The notes below the pieces were generated by a model. The model worked only from the letters and a program-made list of their open reading frames with translations. It did no database searches and was not told the DNA's origin. A program made the position numbers and the translations under genes. This document shows, in pieces, positions 23,983 to 36,348 of a stretch of 64,000 bases of DNA. How positions within the stretch are numbered: the first letter of the stretch is position 1; each line of letters starts with the position of its first letter. The DNA is from Hormiphora californensis. Its lineage: Eukaryota > Animalia > Ctenophora. Location: the NCBI GenBank assembly GCA_020137815.1, contig CM035351.1:1860001-1924000 (forward strand). Reading direction: 5' to 3'.

Positions 23983-24454
23983 TTGTCATCTATGAGAGCA
24001 TGGTTATACATATGTTATAAATGGACATACTTTTGTAATACTAAAAGTTCAATTGTGATAATGCACAGTATAGTAATTCTACGATTGTTTACTTATTATT
24101 ACGATTCTCTGTTTTCACTTTCAGTGTTCACAATTTTCAATGGCACGTTCCAGTTGGGCCTCAATTCTTTCCATAATGTAGTATACAGACAAATCAGAGG
24201 TGGCTGGCAGGTAGAGATAATAAAATTCAGGGTTGGACAATGGACATTAATCGAGAAAGTAGAGACCCGATCAACCTAATTGAGAACATGGGAAGCGCTG
24301 TGCGTGTGATCCAAAATCCAAATAAGATTGAGTACCACTGTGATCAAGAAAATATAGACCAGAACTAACTAAATGAAAGTTTAAAATGCGGCTTGGTTCA
24401 TCTGATTCCAATAAACATAAAAACATCAAGTACTCGTTAATTAAATTACAAAAT

Positions 24455-25542
<1,088 letters not shown>

Positions 25543-26156
25543 GCACTGCTAAATATGGGAGAAAAGGTGAAGTTTAGTTAAAATAGAAGACTGGGCAAAA
25601 ACAAGGGCAAGAATATGGGCTAGTAGTCATATAGGAGTAGTATAGGGTAGGTAGAGTAATAGAACTAATTATACTGATAATTCATCAATCAGAGGGGGCT
25701 GGTGGGTAGAGACAATAAAATTCTTAAAGTTTTCTCACCTTAAATGTGTCATTGTTAACAAGAGGGCGCTTCCGGGAATATCGAACTGCATTATAACGCT
25801 TGCATGGAACAAAGTCGACCTGGAGATAAACGTAAAAACTTAAAACACCGAAAGTCGCGATCGAGTACTGTTACAATTTAGAAGTGCAACATTAATGATC
25901 CGAGACGGATTTGGTTACGAAGTCACCCCACTGGGGCGCTCGCGCGGAGGGGTAATTTCATTACCAAAGACGGATAAGGTCGTTAGGTCAAAGCAGCTGT
26001 GAATGTGACTACCTTACGAGCCTGCGAGGTCGAAAAGTTGAAGAATATGGCAAATTATTGTGTCGAGAAAATCGCACCCCGACTGATTGGGATGCTCGGG
26101 GAAGGTTTCGGTAAATCGGGGTGCCCTGTACTTTATATCGGAATTCGTCGAAAGTT

Positions 26157-26381
26157 TCAGAGGGTCAAAAAAGTTGTAAAAATAACCACCTCATCTAAAT
26201 CGAGTCTTTCCGTCGATACTTCGCCAGAGTCCATCGCCGGGTAAGTCACCGTTGCTGTTGTGCCATGTATTTCGGATACGCGGCACTTATACCACCCCGG
26301 TAGCTCTTCCTCTACATCTTCATCGTCCCAAAACACATAGATTAAGTCGTTTAATCCTGCAAGAGAGCGTTTCAAAGTCAA
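26157..26381 (-). CDS. Possible exon encoding a Tudor-like beta barrel
   Basis: IYVFWDD...GWYKCRVSEIHGTTATVTYP...STERLDL pattern; no gene model could be built. Confidence 0.35.
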   Translation of the reverse strand: MTLKRSLAGLNDLIYVFWDDEDVEEELPGWYKCRVSEIHGTTATVTYPAMDSGEVSTERLDLDEVVIFTTFLTL

Positions 26382-26565
26382 ATATCACAATATGATTCAA
26401 ATTGGACTACACATTATGAAGAACAGAGGACAGAGCAGAGCTTTAAGTTTTATGGCACCAGTTTGAGATTCCCAGGCATCAGTTCCCAAGCTCGGCAGTT
26501 CCCAAGGTCGGCAAGCAAGTGAGTGCTGACGGTGCGCGTAAGTACTACTTTCCATTCCATTTACG

Positions 26566-27535
26566 GGTAATATGGTAGTTCTGGGCTGAACATTTTCGAC
26601 CGCTTTAAAGCGCTTTAAAGCGTTTGAGAAAGCGCTTTATAGCGCTATAAAGCGCTTTAAAGCGGTACCGCTATAAAGCGCACCGCTTTAAAGCGATTTT
26701 TGTAACGATTTAAAGCGCTTTCGAAAGCGCTATAAAGCGCTTTCGCAAGCGCTTTAAAGCGCTACCGCTTTAAAGCGCTTTTTTTGTTCAAAATCCAAAA
26801 ATAAAGCGCTTTAAAAAGCGCTATAAAGCACTTTCTCAAGCGCTTTAAAGCGCTTTTTAGCGCTTTATAGCGCTTTCGAAAGCGCTTTTAAAAGCGCTAC
26901 AAAGCGCTATAAAGCGCTATAAAGCGCTTTTTATAGTGCTTTAAAGCGCTTTTAAAACCGCTTTTTAAAGCGCTTTTTATAGCGCTATAAAGCGCTTTAA
27001 AGCGCTTTTTGTAGCGCTACAAAGCGCTTTATAGCGCTTTAAAAAGCGCTTTATAGCGCTTTGTAGCGCTTTTTAACAGTGCTTTTTAAAAGTGCTTTTT
27101 AGACCGCTTTTAAAAGTGCTTTAAAAAGCGCTTTAAAGCGCTACTGTACGATTTAAAGCGCTTTAAAGCGCTATAAAGCGCTAAAAGCGCTTTAAAGCGC
27201 TATAAAGCGTTCTTAAAAGCGCTTTATAGCGCTTTTTATAGCGCTTTTAAAGCGCTTTAAAGCGCTTTATTTTTGGATTTTGAACAAAAAAAGCGCTTTA
27301 AAGCGGTAGCGCTTTAAAGCGCTTGCGAAAGCGCTTTATAGCGCTTTCAAAAGCGCTTTAAATCGTTACAAGAATCGCTTTAAAGCGCTTTTATCGCTTT
27401 AAAAGCGCTTTAAAGCGGTGCGCTTTAAAGCGGTACCGCTTTATAGCGCTTTATAGCGCTATAAAGCGCTTTCTCAAACGCTTTAAAGCGCTTTAAAGCG
27501 GTCGAAAATGTTCAGCCCAGAACTACCATATTACC
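26566..27535. mobile_element. Merlin-like foldback MITE filled with AAAGCGCTTT palindromes
   Basis: TIR GGTAATATGGTAGTTCTGGGCTGAAC; 8-bp TSD CATTTACG / AATTTACG; empty site visible at ~10368-10375. Confidence 0.85.
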
Positions 27536-27953
27536 AATTTACGTGACGCGCAGCAATGTCACATGGTTCCCACAGAACCATCTGCACATGATGGCCGGGC
27601 ATGCAGGAACGCGCCGTGCCCTGATGTCAGGGAGCGTCCCCCTGATATCAGGGAGCGTCCCCTGTAACTTGTGCGTAAGTAGGCTTATAAATCATATCGT
27701 ACCAGGATAAATCTTTGGGACCGACGACTCCTTCTGGTTGTCCTCCATTGCGATTACATTGATGCACACTAATAAAATGTATTAACAATCATTAATTAAA
27801 CATTTACAATTCCACTGTTTGAAATCTCAATAAATTCTAAACCGAAATCAGACATTTCAGAAGCACCACAACACGATATACGATTTTACATTTGATCTCT
27901 TCTTCATAATTAAAAAACACTAAAACATGCAAATATGAATAATGAATATCTAG

Positions 27954-29521
27954 CTAGATGTAGAAGGGAAGGGAAAGGAATGCAACTGCAGGAAAGCCGA
28001 ATCATGCCCCGTAAATAAAAAGTGCCTAACGACAGGGGTAGTGTACGAGGCTACTGTGAAGCACGGGAACAAGGAGTCAAAATACGTCGGAATGGCCGAG
28101 GGGACGTTTAAATCCAGACTGAACACACACAAAACTACATTCAGACACGACAGATACAAAAACGAGACAGAACTGTCCAAACTAGTCTGGAGACTAAAGG
28201 ACAGAGACATAAGACATGACATAACATGGCGATTATTAGCCAAAGCTCGCACATATCAACCTGGTAATACCGCCTGGCCCAAATTAAAGGGAGGGTACGT
28301 TGGCCTTCTTTTCAACCAGAAGTTTAATTTCAATCACTCTGATATTTTGACACAATGTCTGCATGGTTACTCATTCGAGGAATCCGAAGTTTCAGCCCTC
28401 TGGATAAAAGTTCATTTTTTTCGACCGAATGAACATTGAATGAACACCAATATGGGACCATATTTCGGTACCAAAGTTTCACAAATTTGTTTGGCTATTG
28501 ATTTCCTTTCGAATGGGACCAGTTTGAGCTTAATTGGATCACCACAAGAATCACAGTGATCCGTTTTCTAAGCCTAGGGTAAGTCATGTGATCCCCATCA
28601 AATTATGACGTGTTAGCAAGAGAGCTTACATTTTAACGGATGCTGTATCGGTACACCATCCTCATTAGCAGACGTGATACGTGATACTCGTCCGTTACAC
28701 CTGCTTATTGGCACTTAGTAATGACGCTATCGTCTCATTAGGTGTCAGATGACCAAACCTAGGGTTAGATAACTAGACACTGTGTCTCTTGTGGTGGTCC
28801 AATTGAGCTCAAATTAGTCGCGTTTGAAAGGAAATCGATACCCGAAGGCGACTGTGAAATTCCGGTTCCAAAAAGCATTCCTGTTTTCAAGTTCATTCAG
28901 GATTCATTCCAGTCGGAAAAATGAATTTTAAGATAAGGAGCTTAAATTCCGGCTAACATCAAAATTGATCAAGTGTAGTGGCCGTACAGATTTTTAGCGC
29001 CTGAATTTACCGATTTCTGGTCAAAACAGGTCAAAATCGATGTTTGGTAAAAAATATCATCTTTAAATAACTTATTTCACCCACTAAACTTGATTCAATT
29101 TTAATAAAAATTCAGATTGCCATTTGTTGATACTTGTTCTATTGTATGGCGGTTTTTAAAATAATAAAATCGAATTTAATCAAGAGAAAACCTCAAAAAA
29201 CCCGAAAAACGAAAAATTGAGTTGATTAATGAACTTTCAACTTTTATGATTTGAAACTTCGGATTCCTCGAATGAGTACCCATGCAGACATTGTGTCAAA
29301 ATATCAGAGTGATTGAAATTAAACTTCTGGGTGAAAAGAAGGCCAACGTACCCTCCCTTTAATTTGGGCCACGCGGTATAACCTGTAATCTGTGTCTGGC
29401 GGAAAAGTACCACATCCTCAGAGGGAAGGACCTGATAAACAGGAAGAGCGAACTGTTAAACAAGTGTCCGCACAAGAGGAAGTATCTAGCCGTTAAACTC
29501 ATGAAACATCCAACTTTATGA
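27954..29521 (+). pseudogene. Penelope GIY-YIG endonuclease domain split by a MITE
   Basis: Removing 28270-29378 restores ...RTYQPGNITCNLCLAEKYHIL...CPHKRKYLAVKLMKHPTL*. Confidence 0.82.
28270..29376. mobile_element. Non-autonomous DNA transposon with TA TSD
   Basis: TA|CCGCCTGGCCCAAATTAAAGGGAGGG ... CCCTCCCTTTAATTTGGGCCACGCGG|TA, TIRs ~125 bp. Confidence 0.85.
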
Positions 29522-29560
29522 AGGAGCAGAGGACTGTTAACGAGTAAACAAGTTTACATT

Positions 29561-30128
29561 TTTTCCCCGCCCGGGTGAATGCCGAAGGCATTCACCCGGA
29601 TGCCTTTTGCAAAAAGGCATAGGGGTTTAGAATTCGACAAGTTTACATACTAGTGAAGTGTCACGCTTTTTTTGTCCCGTGACGTAACCCATCCATAGCA
29701 ACCATCCAGTGCAGAGTGCTCAAAATATCATTTGAAATACTTCACACACGCTCTAATTCAAATTGTCCACGAAGGCGACGCCCGCAAAGTTATTACAGTG
29801 CTGAAATGACGCACTTTCATTAGAACGCGCAGCCCGGCGCCGCGCGCCCCTTCCTGTTTGCAGTTCATAACGTTCATCGTTGGTCATGTGTTCGTCATTA
29901 CAATTGCGCTCTGTTGTCATTGCTTACATGAGGTCAGTTGAGTGGAGATCACATACAGTCACATGTAGACTAGAAAAGGAGCCTAATTAGGCAGCTCATC
30001 ACCTGCACTGTTCTGTCTCACCTTTCAGAATCTCATTAGGTCATGGGCGATGGGATATAATTAGGAGTGTCACATGCCAATGGCGGGGAAATACAGCACT
30101 ATGGATACATAGTGCAAATATTCTTGTT
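29561..30128 (+). mobile_element. Helentron/DINE-1-like non-autonomous element (HINE)
   Basis: Inserted in a T-run; subterminal IR TTCCCCGCC / GGCGGGGAA; 3' hairpin GCACTATG-GATA-CATAGTGC; related copy at ~42652. Confidence 0.75.
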
Positions 30129-30167
30129 AATCCTGACGATCGCCTTTGCGTGAAACATTTGTTGATT
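30129..30167 (+). ncRNA. Minimal type I hammerhead ribozyme of the Penelope element
   Basis: AATC CTGACGA T-CGC-CTTT-GCG-T GAAAC ATTT GTT GATT. Confidence 0.7.
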
Positions 30168-30377
30168 TTGTAAAAACTTGTTTTCACTTGTCAAAATAGA
30201 ATAATGAATATCAATTTGTCTGTACTAACAATAGTCCGCACTATAATATGTTCGGGGCCTGGGAAGGCCCCCCGACCCGAATATAACCCAAACTCAACCC
30301 ATCCCCCCTAAAACATCCCCCCTAAAACTAAAACAACGGGGCCGAGCCGACAGGCCCTTAATACCAGATGAAAAAAA

Positions 30378-32704
30378 AACCATAAAACCATAACCATAAA
30401 CCATAACCATAGATATTTTTAGAGTGAAAGTTTTGAAGCCCCCTGAAGTAGTAGAGAGGTGTTCTATGGCTCGTTGGAAAGGTCTCGAGGTCCCGCGACG
30501 TATAGGGGGTGTGGCGATGGCCATACCCAAACCCATAAGGTGTAGGACGCGAAAAACAGTCAAAATAAGGGGTATACAGAACTCGGCAATTAGAAGGAGT
30601 AGAAAGGTGTTCTAGGGTGCGTTCGAAAGATCTCGAGGTGCTGAAGTAATTGGAATGTAATTGGAAGTAATTACATGTAATTAAAATGTAATTACATGTA
30701 ATTAAAGGGTAATTACATGTAATTAAAATGTCTAAATGACCCAGAATGATAATTTAAACATATTTTGACATATTTGGAGGCCCTGAAATCAGCGGGTGGC
30801 CAAATTTAATCCGGTTTCGGGTCGGCTGACGTAAAAACTCCGCGTTTTGGTCGATTAAAACCATAACCATAAAACCATAGATATTTTTAGAGTGAAAGTT
30901 TTGAAGCCCCCTGAAGTAGTAGAGAGGTGTTCTATGGCTCGTTGGAAAGGTCTCGAGGTCCCGCGACGTATAGGGGGTGTGGCGATGGCCATACCCAAAC
31001 CTATAAGGGGTAGGACGCGAAAAACAGTCAAAATAAGGGGTATACAGAACTCGGCAATTAGAAGGAGTAGAAAGGTGTTCTAGGGTGCGTTCGAAAGCTC
31101 TCGAGGTCCTAAAGTAATTGGAATGTAATTGGAAGTAATTACATGTAATTAAAATGTAATTACATGTAATTAAAGGGTAATTACATGTAATTAAAGGATC
31201 TAAATGACCCAGAATAATAATTTAAACATATTTTGACATATTTAGAGGCCCTGAGACCAGCGGGTGGCCAAATTTAATCCGGTTTCGGGTCGGCTGACGT
31301 AAAAACTCCGCGTTTTGGTCGAGTAACCATAAAACCATAAAACCATAAAACCATAGATATTTTTAGAGTGAAAGTTTTGAAGCCCCCTGAAGTAGTAGAG
31401 AGGTGTTCTATGGCTCGTTGGAAAGGTCTCGAGGTCCCGCGACGTATAGGGGGTGTGGCGATGGCCATACCCAAACCTATAAGGGGTAGGACGCGAAAAA
31501 CAGTCAAAATAAGGGGTATACAGAACTCGGCAATTAGAAGGAGTAGAAAGGTGTTCTAGGGTGCGTTCGAAAGCTCTCGAGGTGCTGAAGTAATTGAAAT
31601 GTAATTGCCAATTGGAAGTAATTACATGTAATTAAAGGGTAATTACATGTAATTAAAGGGTAATTACATGTAATTAAAAGGTCTAAATGACCCCAAATGA
31701 TAATTTAAACATATTTTGACATATTTAGAGGCCCTGAGACCAGCGGGTGGCCAAATTTATAAACCATAAACCATAAACCATAAACCATAGATATTTTTAG
31801 AGTGAAAGTTTTGAAGCCCCCTGAAGTAGTAGAGAGATGTTCTATGGCTCATTGGAAAGGTCTCGAGGTCCCGCGACGTATAGTGGGTGTGGCGATGGCC
31901 ATACCCAAACCTATAAGGGGTAGGACGCGAAAAACAGTCAAAATAAGGGGTATGCTGAACTCGGCAATTAGAAGGAGTAGAAAGGTGTTCTAGGGTGCGT
32001 TCGAAAGCTCTCGAGGTACTGAAGTAATTGGAATGTAATTGGAAGTAATTACATGTAATTGGAAGTAATTACATGTAATTAAAGGGTAATTACATGTAAT
32101 TAAAAGGTCTAAATGACCCCAAATGATAATTTAAACATATTTTGACATATTTTGAGGCCCTGAGACCAGCGGGTGGCCAAATTTAATCAGGTTTCGGGTC
32201 GGCTGACGTAAAAACTCCGCGTTTTGGTCGAGTAAAACCATAACCATAAACCATAGATATTTTTAGAGTGAAAGTTTTGAAGCCCCCTGAAGTAGTAGAG
32301 AGGTGTTCTATGGCTCGTTGGAAAGGTCTCGAGCTCCCGCGACGTATAGGGGGTGTGGCGATGGCCACACCCAAACCTATAAGGGGTAGGACGCGAAAAA
32401 CAGTCAAAATAAGGGGTATGCTGAACTCGGCAATTAGAAGGAGTAGAAAGGTGTTCTAGGGTGCGTTCGAAAGCTCTCGAGGTACTGAAGTAATTGGAAT
32501 GTAATTGGAAGTAATTACATGTAATTAAAATGTAATTACATGTATGTAATTAAAGGGTAATTACATGTAATTAAAAGGTCTAAATGACCCAGAATGATAA
32601 TTTAAACATATTTGGAGGTATTTGGAGGCCCTGAGACCAGCGGGTGGCAAAATTTAATCCGGTTTCGGGTCGGCTGACGTAAAAACTCCGCGTTTTGGTC
32701 GAGT
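30378..32704. repeat. Tandem array of five 434-476-bp units with (GTAATTACAT)n and (AAACCAT)n subrepeats
   Basis: The same 63-codon frame recurs at 30424, 30892, 31368, 31802 and 32268. Confidence 0.9.
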
Positions 32705-32709
32705 ACTTA

Positions 32710-33966
32710 TATAAAGTCTCTTCTAAAGTTTCTTCTTTTATTCCTTGAGATTGATTTGGAGAAGAGGGTAGGAACTCCTCCAAATAAAGCTTAGGAGATC
32801 TTGATAATCTTTTTGTGATGATGATAGTACTGATAACTGATGATCCAGTCACAGGTTTCCCTGAGGTACTTGGATCGCTTGATAATGATGCCTCTGATTC
32901 TTGATGTCTTGAAAACTGACAAACTGATTATTATGATTTTGATTATGGAGTTGAGTAACCAACCCAATAAGGGGACTTAACGTCTCGTGCTTGATGTAAT
33001 CTTTTTCGATTATGAAAGAAGATTGTCGCACGCGTTTGAGAATCTTGACCATGTCCTCTTGACAGTTGATGGGTGCTGATAATTCGTTGTTGATCATCTT
33101 GATGACTTGATCCCCTAAGCGGTCTGACGAGTTTTGAGGAATATACTGAGGATTGAGTTGGTGATACGAGTAGGTTTGTCCCCACTCGTAAAAGAGCTTG
33201 AACTCCCTGATGATTTGTGAGGACTCTCTGACTTCACTGATTTCTGAGGGAACTTTGATTTGGCCCGTCTGATCTTGATGATGGTTTGGGCATTGATTTG
33301 AGGTCTCTTCGCAAATTCTTGACGAACTCATCCGGATCCGTAGTTCCCTTGTTGTCTATGGGCCTCTTGACGATTGATTTTAGGACTGATTTTGGGACCT
33401 GCTTTTTGATTGCTGATTTTTGAGAAGATCGCTGTCGCTTTGAGGAATCAGATGAGGAAGTTGTAGTTGATGGTTCTGATTCTGATTTTGTTGTTGAAGA
33501 TGGAGTTTTCCTCCTCTTTCCTGATTGTGGAGGAGGGGCGGAGGAGGGGGTGGAGGAGTTGGAGGAGGTGATTTTTGATGATGAGGAGATGGAGGAGGGG
33601 ATGGTGGACCACTGGTGGTCCTTGATTTTGACCCTGAGCCACCTTGGCCCATGATTTTGAGAATGGGTTTCGATTCTGATACATGGGTGTGATGACTAGT
33701 TTTTCCAACATGTTTAATTGATTTTTGATGTCAGTGATTTCTCTCTCGATGATTTGTTTCTGATTCTCTTTTTCAAGGAGGATCGTCCTCAGCTCAGATA
33801 TCCTATTCTGCTTCTGAGCACTGATCTCGCTCATCTCCGGGTTTATGAATGAGGGTCTGTTTAACGTACTATTAAAACTACCTGTATACGGGTTGTTCAA
33901 AAGATCGGTGCAACGTACAGAATGGATAATAGTAATAATTATGCACTGAACTGCTGTAGACATCAC
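32710..33966 (-). pseudogene. Degenerate long ORF (coiled coil, SWAKVA, Pro-rich), possibly a retroelement ORF1/gag
   Basis: Three adjoining minus-strand ORFs with the same compositional bias, separated by frameshifts and stops. Confidence 0.35.
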
Positions 33967-34096
33967 CCACTCACTTCATACACACACAACACCCACACAC
34001 ATGACCAAGCCTGTACGACAGGTTATTGATCACCGGCTGTATTACAGCACGAGAGAGCCGTCACTAGTATCGTGCAGTGATCCGAAGATCATGATA

Positions 34097-34381
34097 ACAA
34101 TTAATATGACGTGATCAACTGCTATAGTCCAACTGTTCATTCTGAGAATTCTGATACAAAGATATTATTTGCCGTACTGATATATGAGGTAACTATATGT
34201 GGGTATGTGCCTAGATTAATCGAACCCAGTGGATTCCCTTGGTAACTCCCATGTTAAACAAGGAGATGAAACTGGGGGGTTGGAGTTACCTCATATATCA
34301 GTACGGCAAATAATATCTTTGTATCAGAATTCTCAGAATGAACAGTTGGGCTATAGCAGTTGATCACGTCATATTAATTGT
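34097..34381. mobile_element. MITE with ~98-bp TIRs and TA TSD
   Basis: TA|ACAATTAATATGACGTG ... CACGTCATATTAATTGT|TA. Confidence 0.8.
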
Positions 34382-34938
34382 TAACGTACAGAATAGTGAT
34401 AAAATAAGACGGCAGAGGGACCGTAACTGAATATTTACTTGACATATGATGACTGATAGCCCTGTGAGCACAGAGGTGAGAAACATGAGGAATGAGAAAG
34501 GGCCCCCGAGAGGGGTGTTGACATGCCCTGTAATTACAGGCTGTAAACGAGGGTGTTTAAGTTGAGGCCACTAGGCCAGAGAGCCATATTATTGATTACG
34601 CATAATTGATTACACCCAATTATGAGGACAATTGATTGGGAGGACGGTGTCAACTTGGCAGGCTATTGCGATTGAAGATTGATATTTTGATGTTTACAGA
34701 GCCATTTTAGTGAATCAACTTTTTTGGCAGTGTGCACCTGTAAAGTGTAAACAGGCCACCAAACACCCAGATCGTAACGGGCGCGATTATAATATGGGTG
34801 CTTTGCAGCCTGTTTACAGGTGTGCGCTAGCAAAAAAGAGTACACTTTTATTTTCAAGACCGACTTTTTTAAACGGCTATAGCCACGCAACCATATGGCC
34901 GATTAGAGTAAACTAAACGGTATCTGGTAGAGAATCGA

Positions 34939-35019
34939 TAGCACTAACCGATAACCCCAAACAAAACCCTAACAACAGGCTGTTGTTAGGGTTTTGTTTG
35001 GGGTTATAGGTTAGTGCTA
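34939..35019. repeat. 81-bp near-perfect palindrome
   Basis: TAGCACTAACC...AACAACAG G CTGTTGTT...GGTTAGTGCTA. Confidence 0.85.
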
Positions 35020-36348
35020 GTTGTCAACAGCCCTAACCCTTTTCAAATTTGGGGGTTGGAATGCGCTGCAGCCCCCTCATGCGCGCACCCCCGCAACGAG
35101 GGGACTGAAGGGAATGCCGCGCGCGCGTTTGGCCTGAGCTCAGGACGGGCCCGGCTGGGTCGAAGATAACTTTGCGAGCGAAAAAACGGCGGTGCTTATA
35201 ACTTTGGCCCCTGAAGTCCGTTTGACTTGATTCTTTCACTAGCTGTTAGATCTGACAATTATCTACCTTGCTGTTTTTGAGAGAAGTTAATTGGACTTCA
35301 GGAGGCTGAGCTATAACCGTTCAAAGATGGGTTGTTTTCAAAAAGTGACGTCACAGATCCCTGCAGGGACACTTTGTTTCAAATTTGAATTAAAATCTCG
35401 AATATTTTTATTTTACCGCACTCGATTTTGCGGAGTTTGGTTCATATCTCCTGTTCCTGATAAGATAGAGACCTGAAACCGGTTGCATTTGAAAGCTATT
35501 ATCTTCCTCTTTCCAACGCTACCAAAACGATTTCTGTACCTTATCTGGAACCGGAGATATGATTGATTATGCATTCCCCCCCAGCGCGGTATTCCCTCCA
35601 GGCCCCTTATATTATATTATAAGGGGCCTGCAACGTATGCCAAATTTGGGGGTGACAACTTCAAAAAATCCGACATTTGATAAAAAATTTTATTTTATAT
35701 TATCCAAAACATATGTTTCGCGCGCAGCGCGGCGGTTATTTGCTGCGATTAAATTAAAAAATCGCGTCTGTACAAGATCGATATGCCCATGATGTTATTG
35801 AACATTGTATTGTTCATACTATTATTTTTGCAACAGCACAAATTGAACAACGGCGGTTGATGACACAAACCAGCGGAAACCGGAAACATAGAATTGAAAT
35901 ACAATATCTCGTTTCTAGGAAACAATTGTTATACATAATACATGTACATGTACATACTTTAAAAATGTTAAAAAGGGAATTGTGAAACATATTTATATTT
36001 GCTAATGCTAAATGCTAAAGTTAAAAAAAAATAAGGTAACTTTTTAAAAACAATATGAATATTGGATTTGGTGTAACTGCCATTCAATTAAATGGGGTAA
36101 AATGGCGCCGCTGTCAGGGCAATGCTCTGACCACAGTTCTCGCGCGCTCCGAGAATGGGTCAGGCCAATGCTGACAGTGGCGCCGCCAGGCCATACAGAC
36201 AGAATTTAATCCCTTAATAATATTAATAATATTGTCAATAAGTTAGGATAGAATGTGTCAATAAGTTAGGCTAGAATGTAAAAAGTGTCAATATGTTAAG
36301 CTGTGTAACAACTTAACTGATATCATTGATATTTTCAATGATATCAGT

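Larger units (their letters stand above)
27951..30198 (+). mobile_element. 5'-truncated Penelope-like element (GIY-YIG endonuclease and hammerhead)
   Basis: 14-bp flanking direct repeat GAATAATGAATATC (27937-27950, 30199-30212); CNC..CP...CL, VVYEA..YVG, CNLCLAEK, CPH motifs. Confidence 0.82.

Noticed and set aside
30424-32459. Five repeated 63-aa ORFs as a tandem gene family
   Set aside because: GTG starts, no recognisable domain; a by-product of the tandem repeat.
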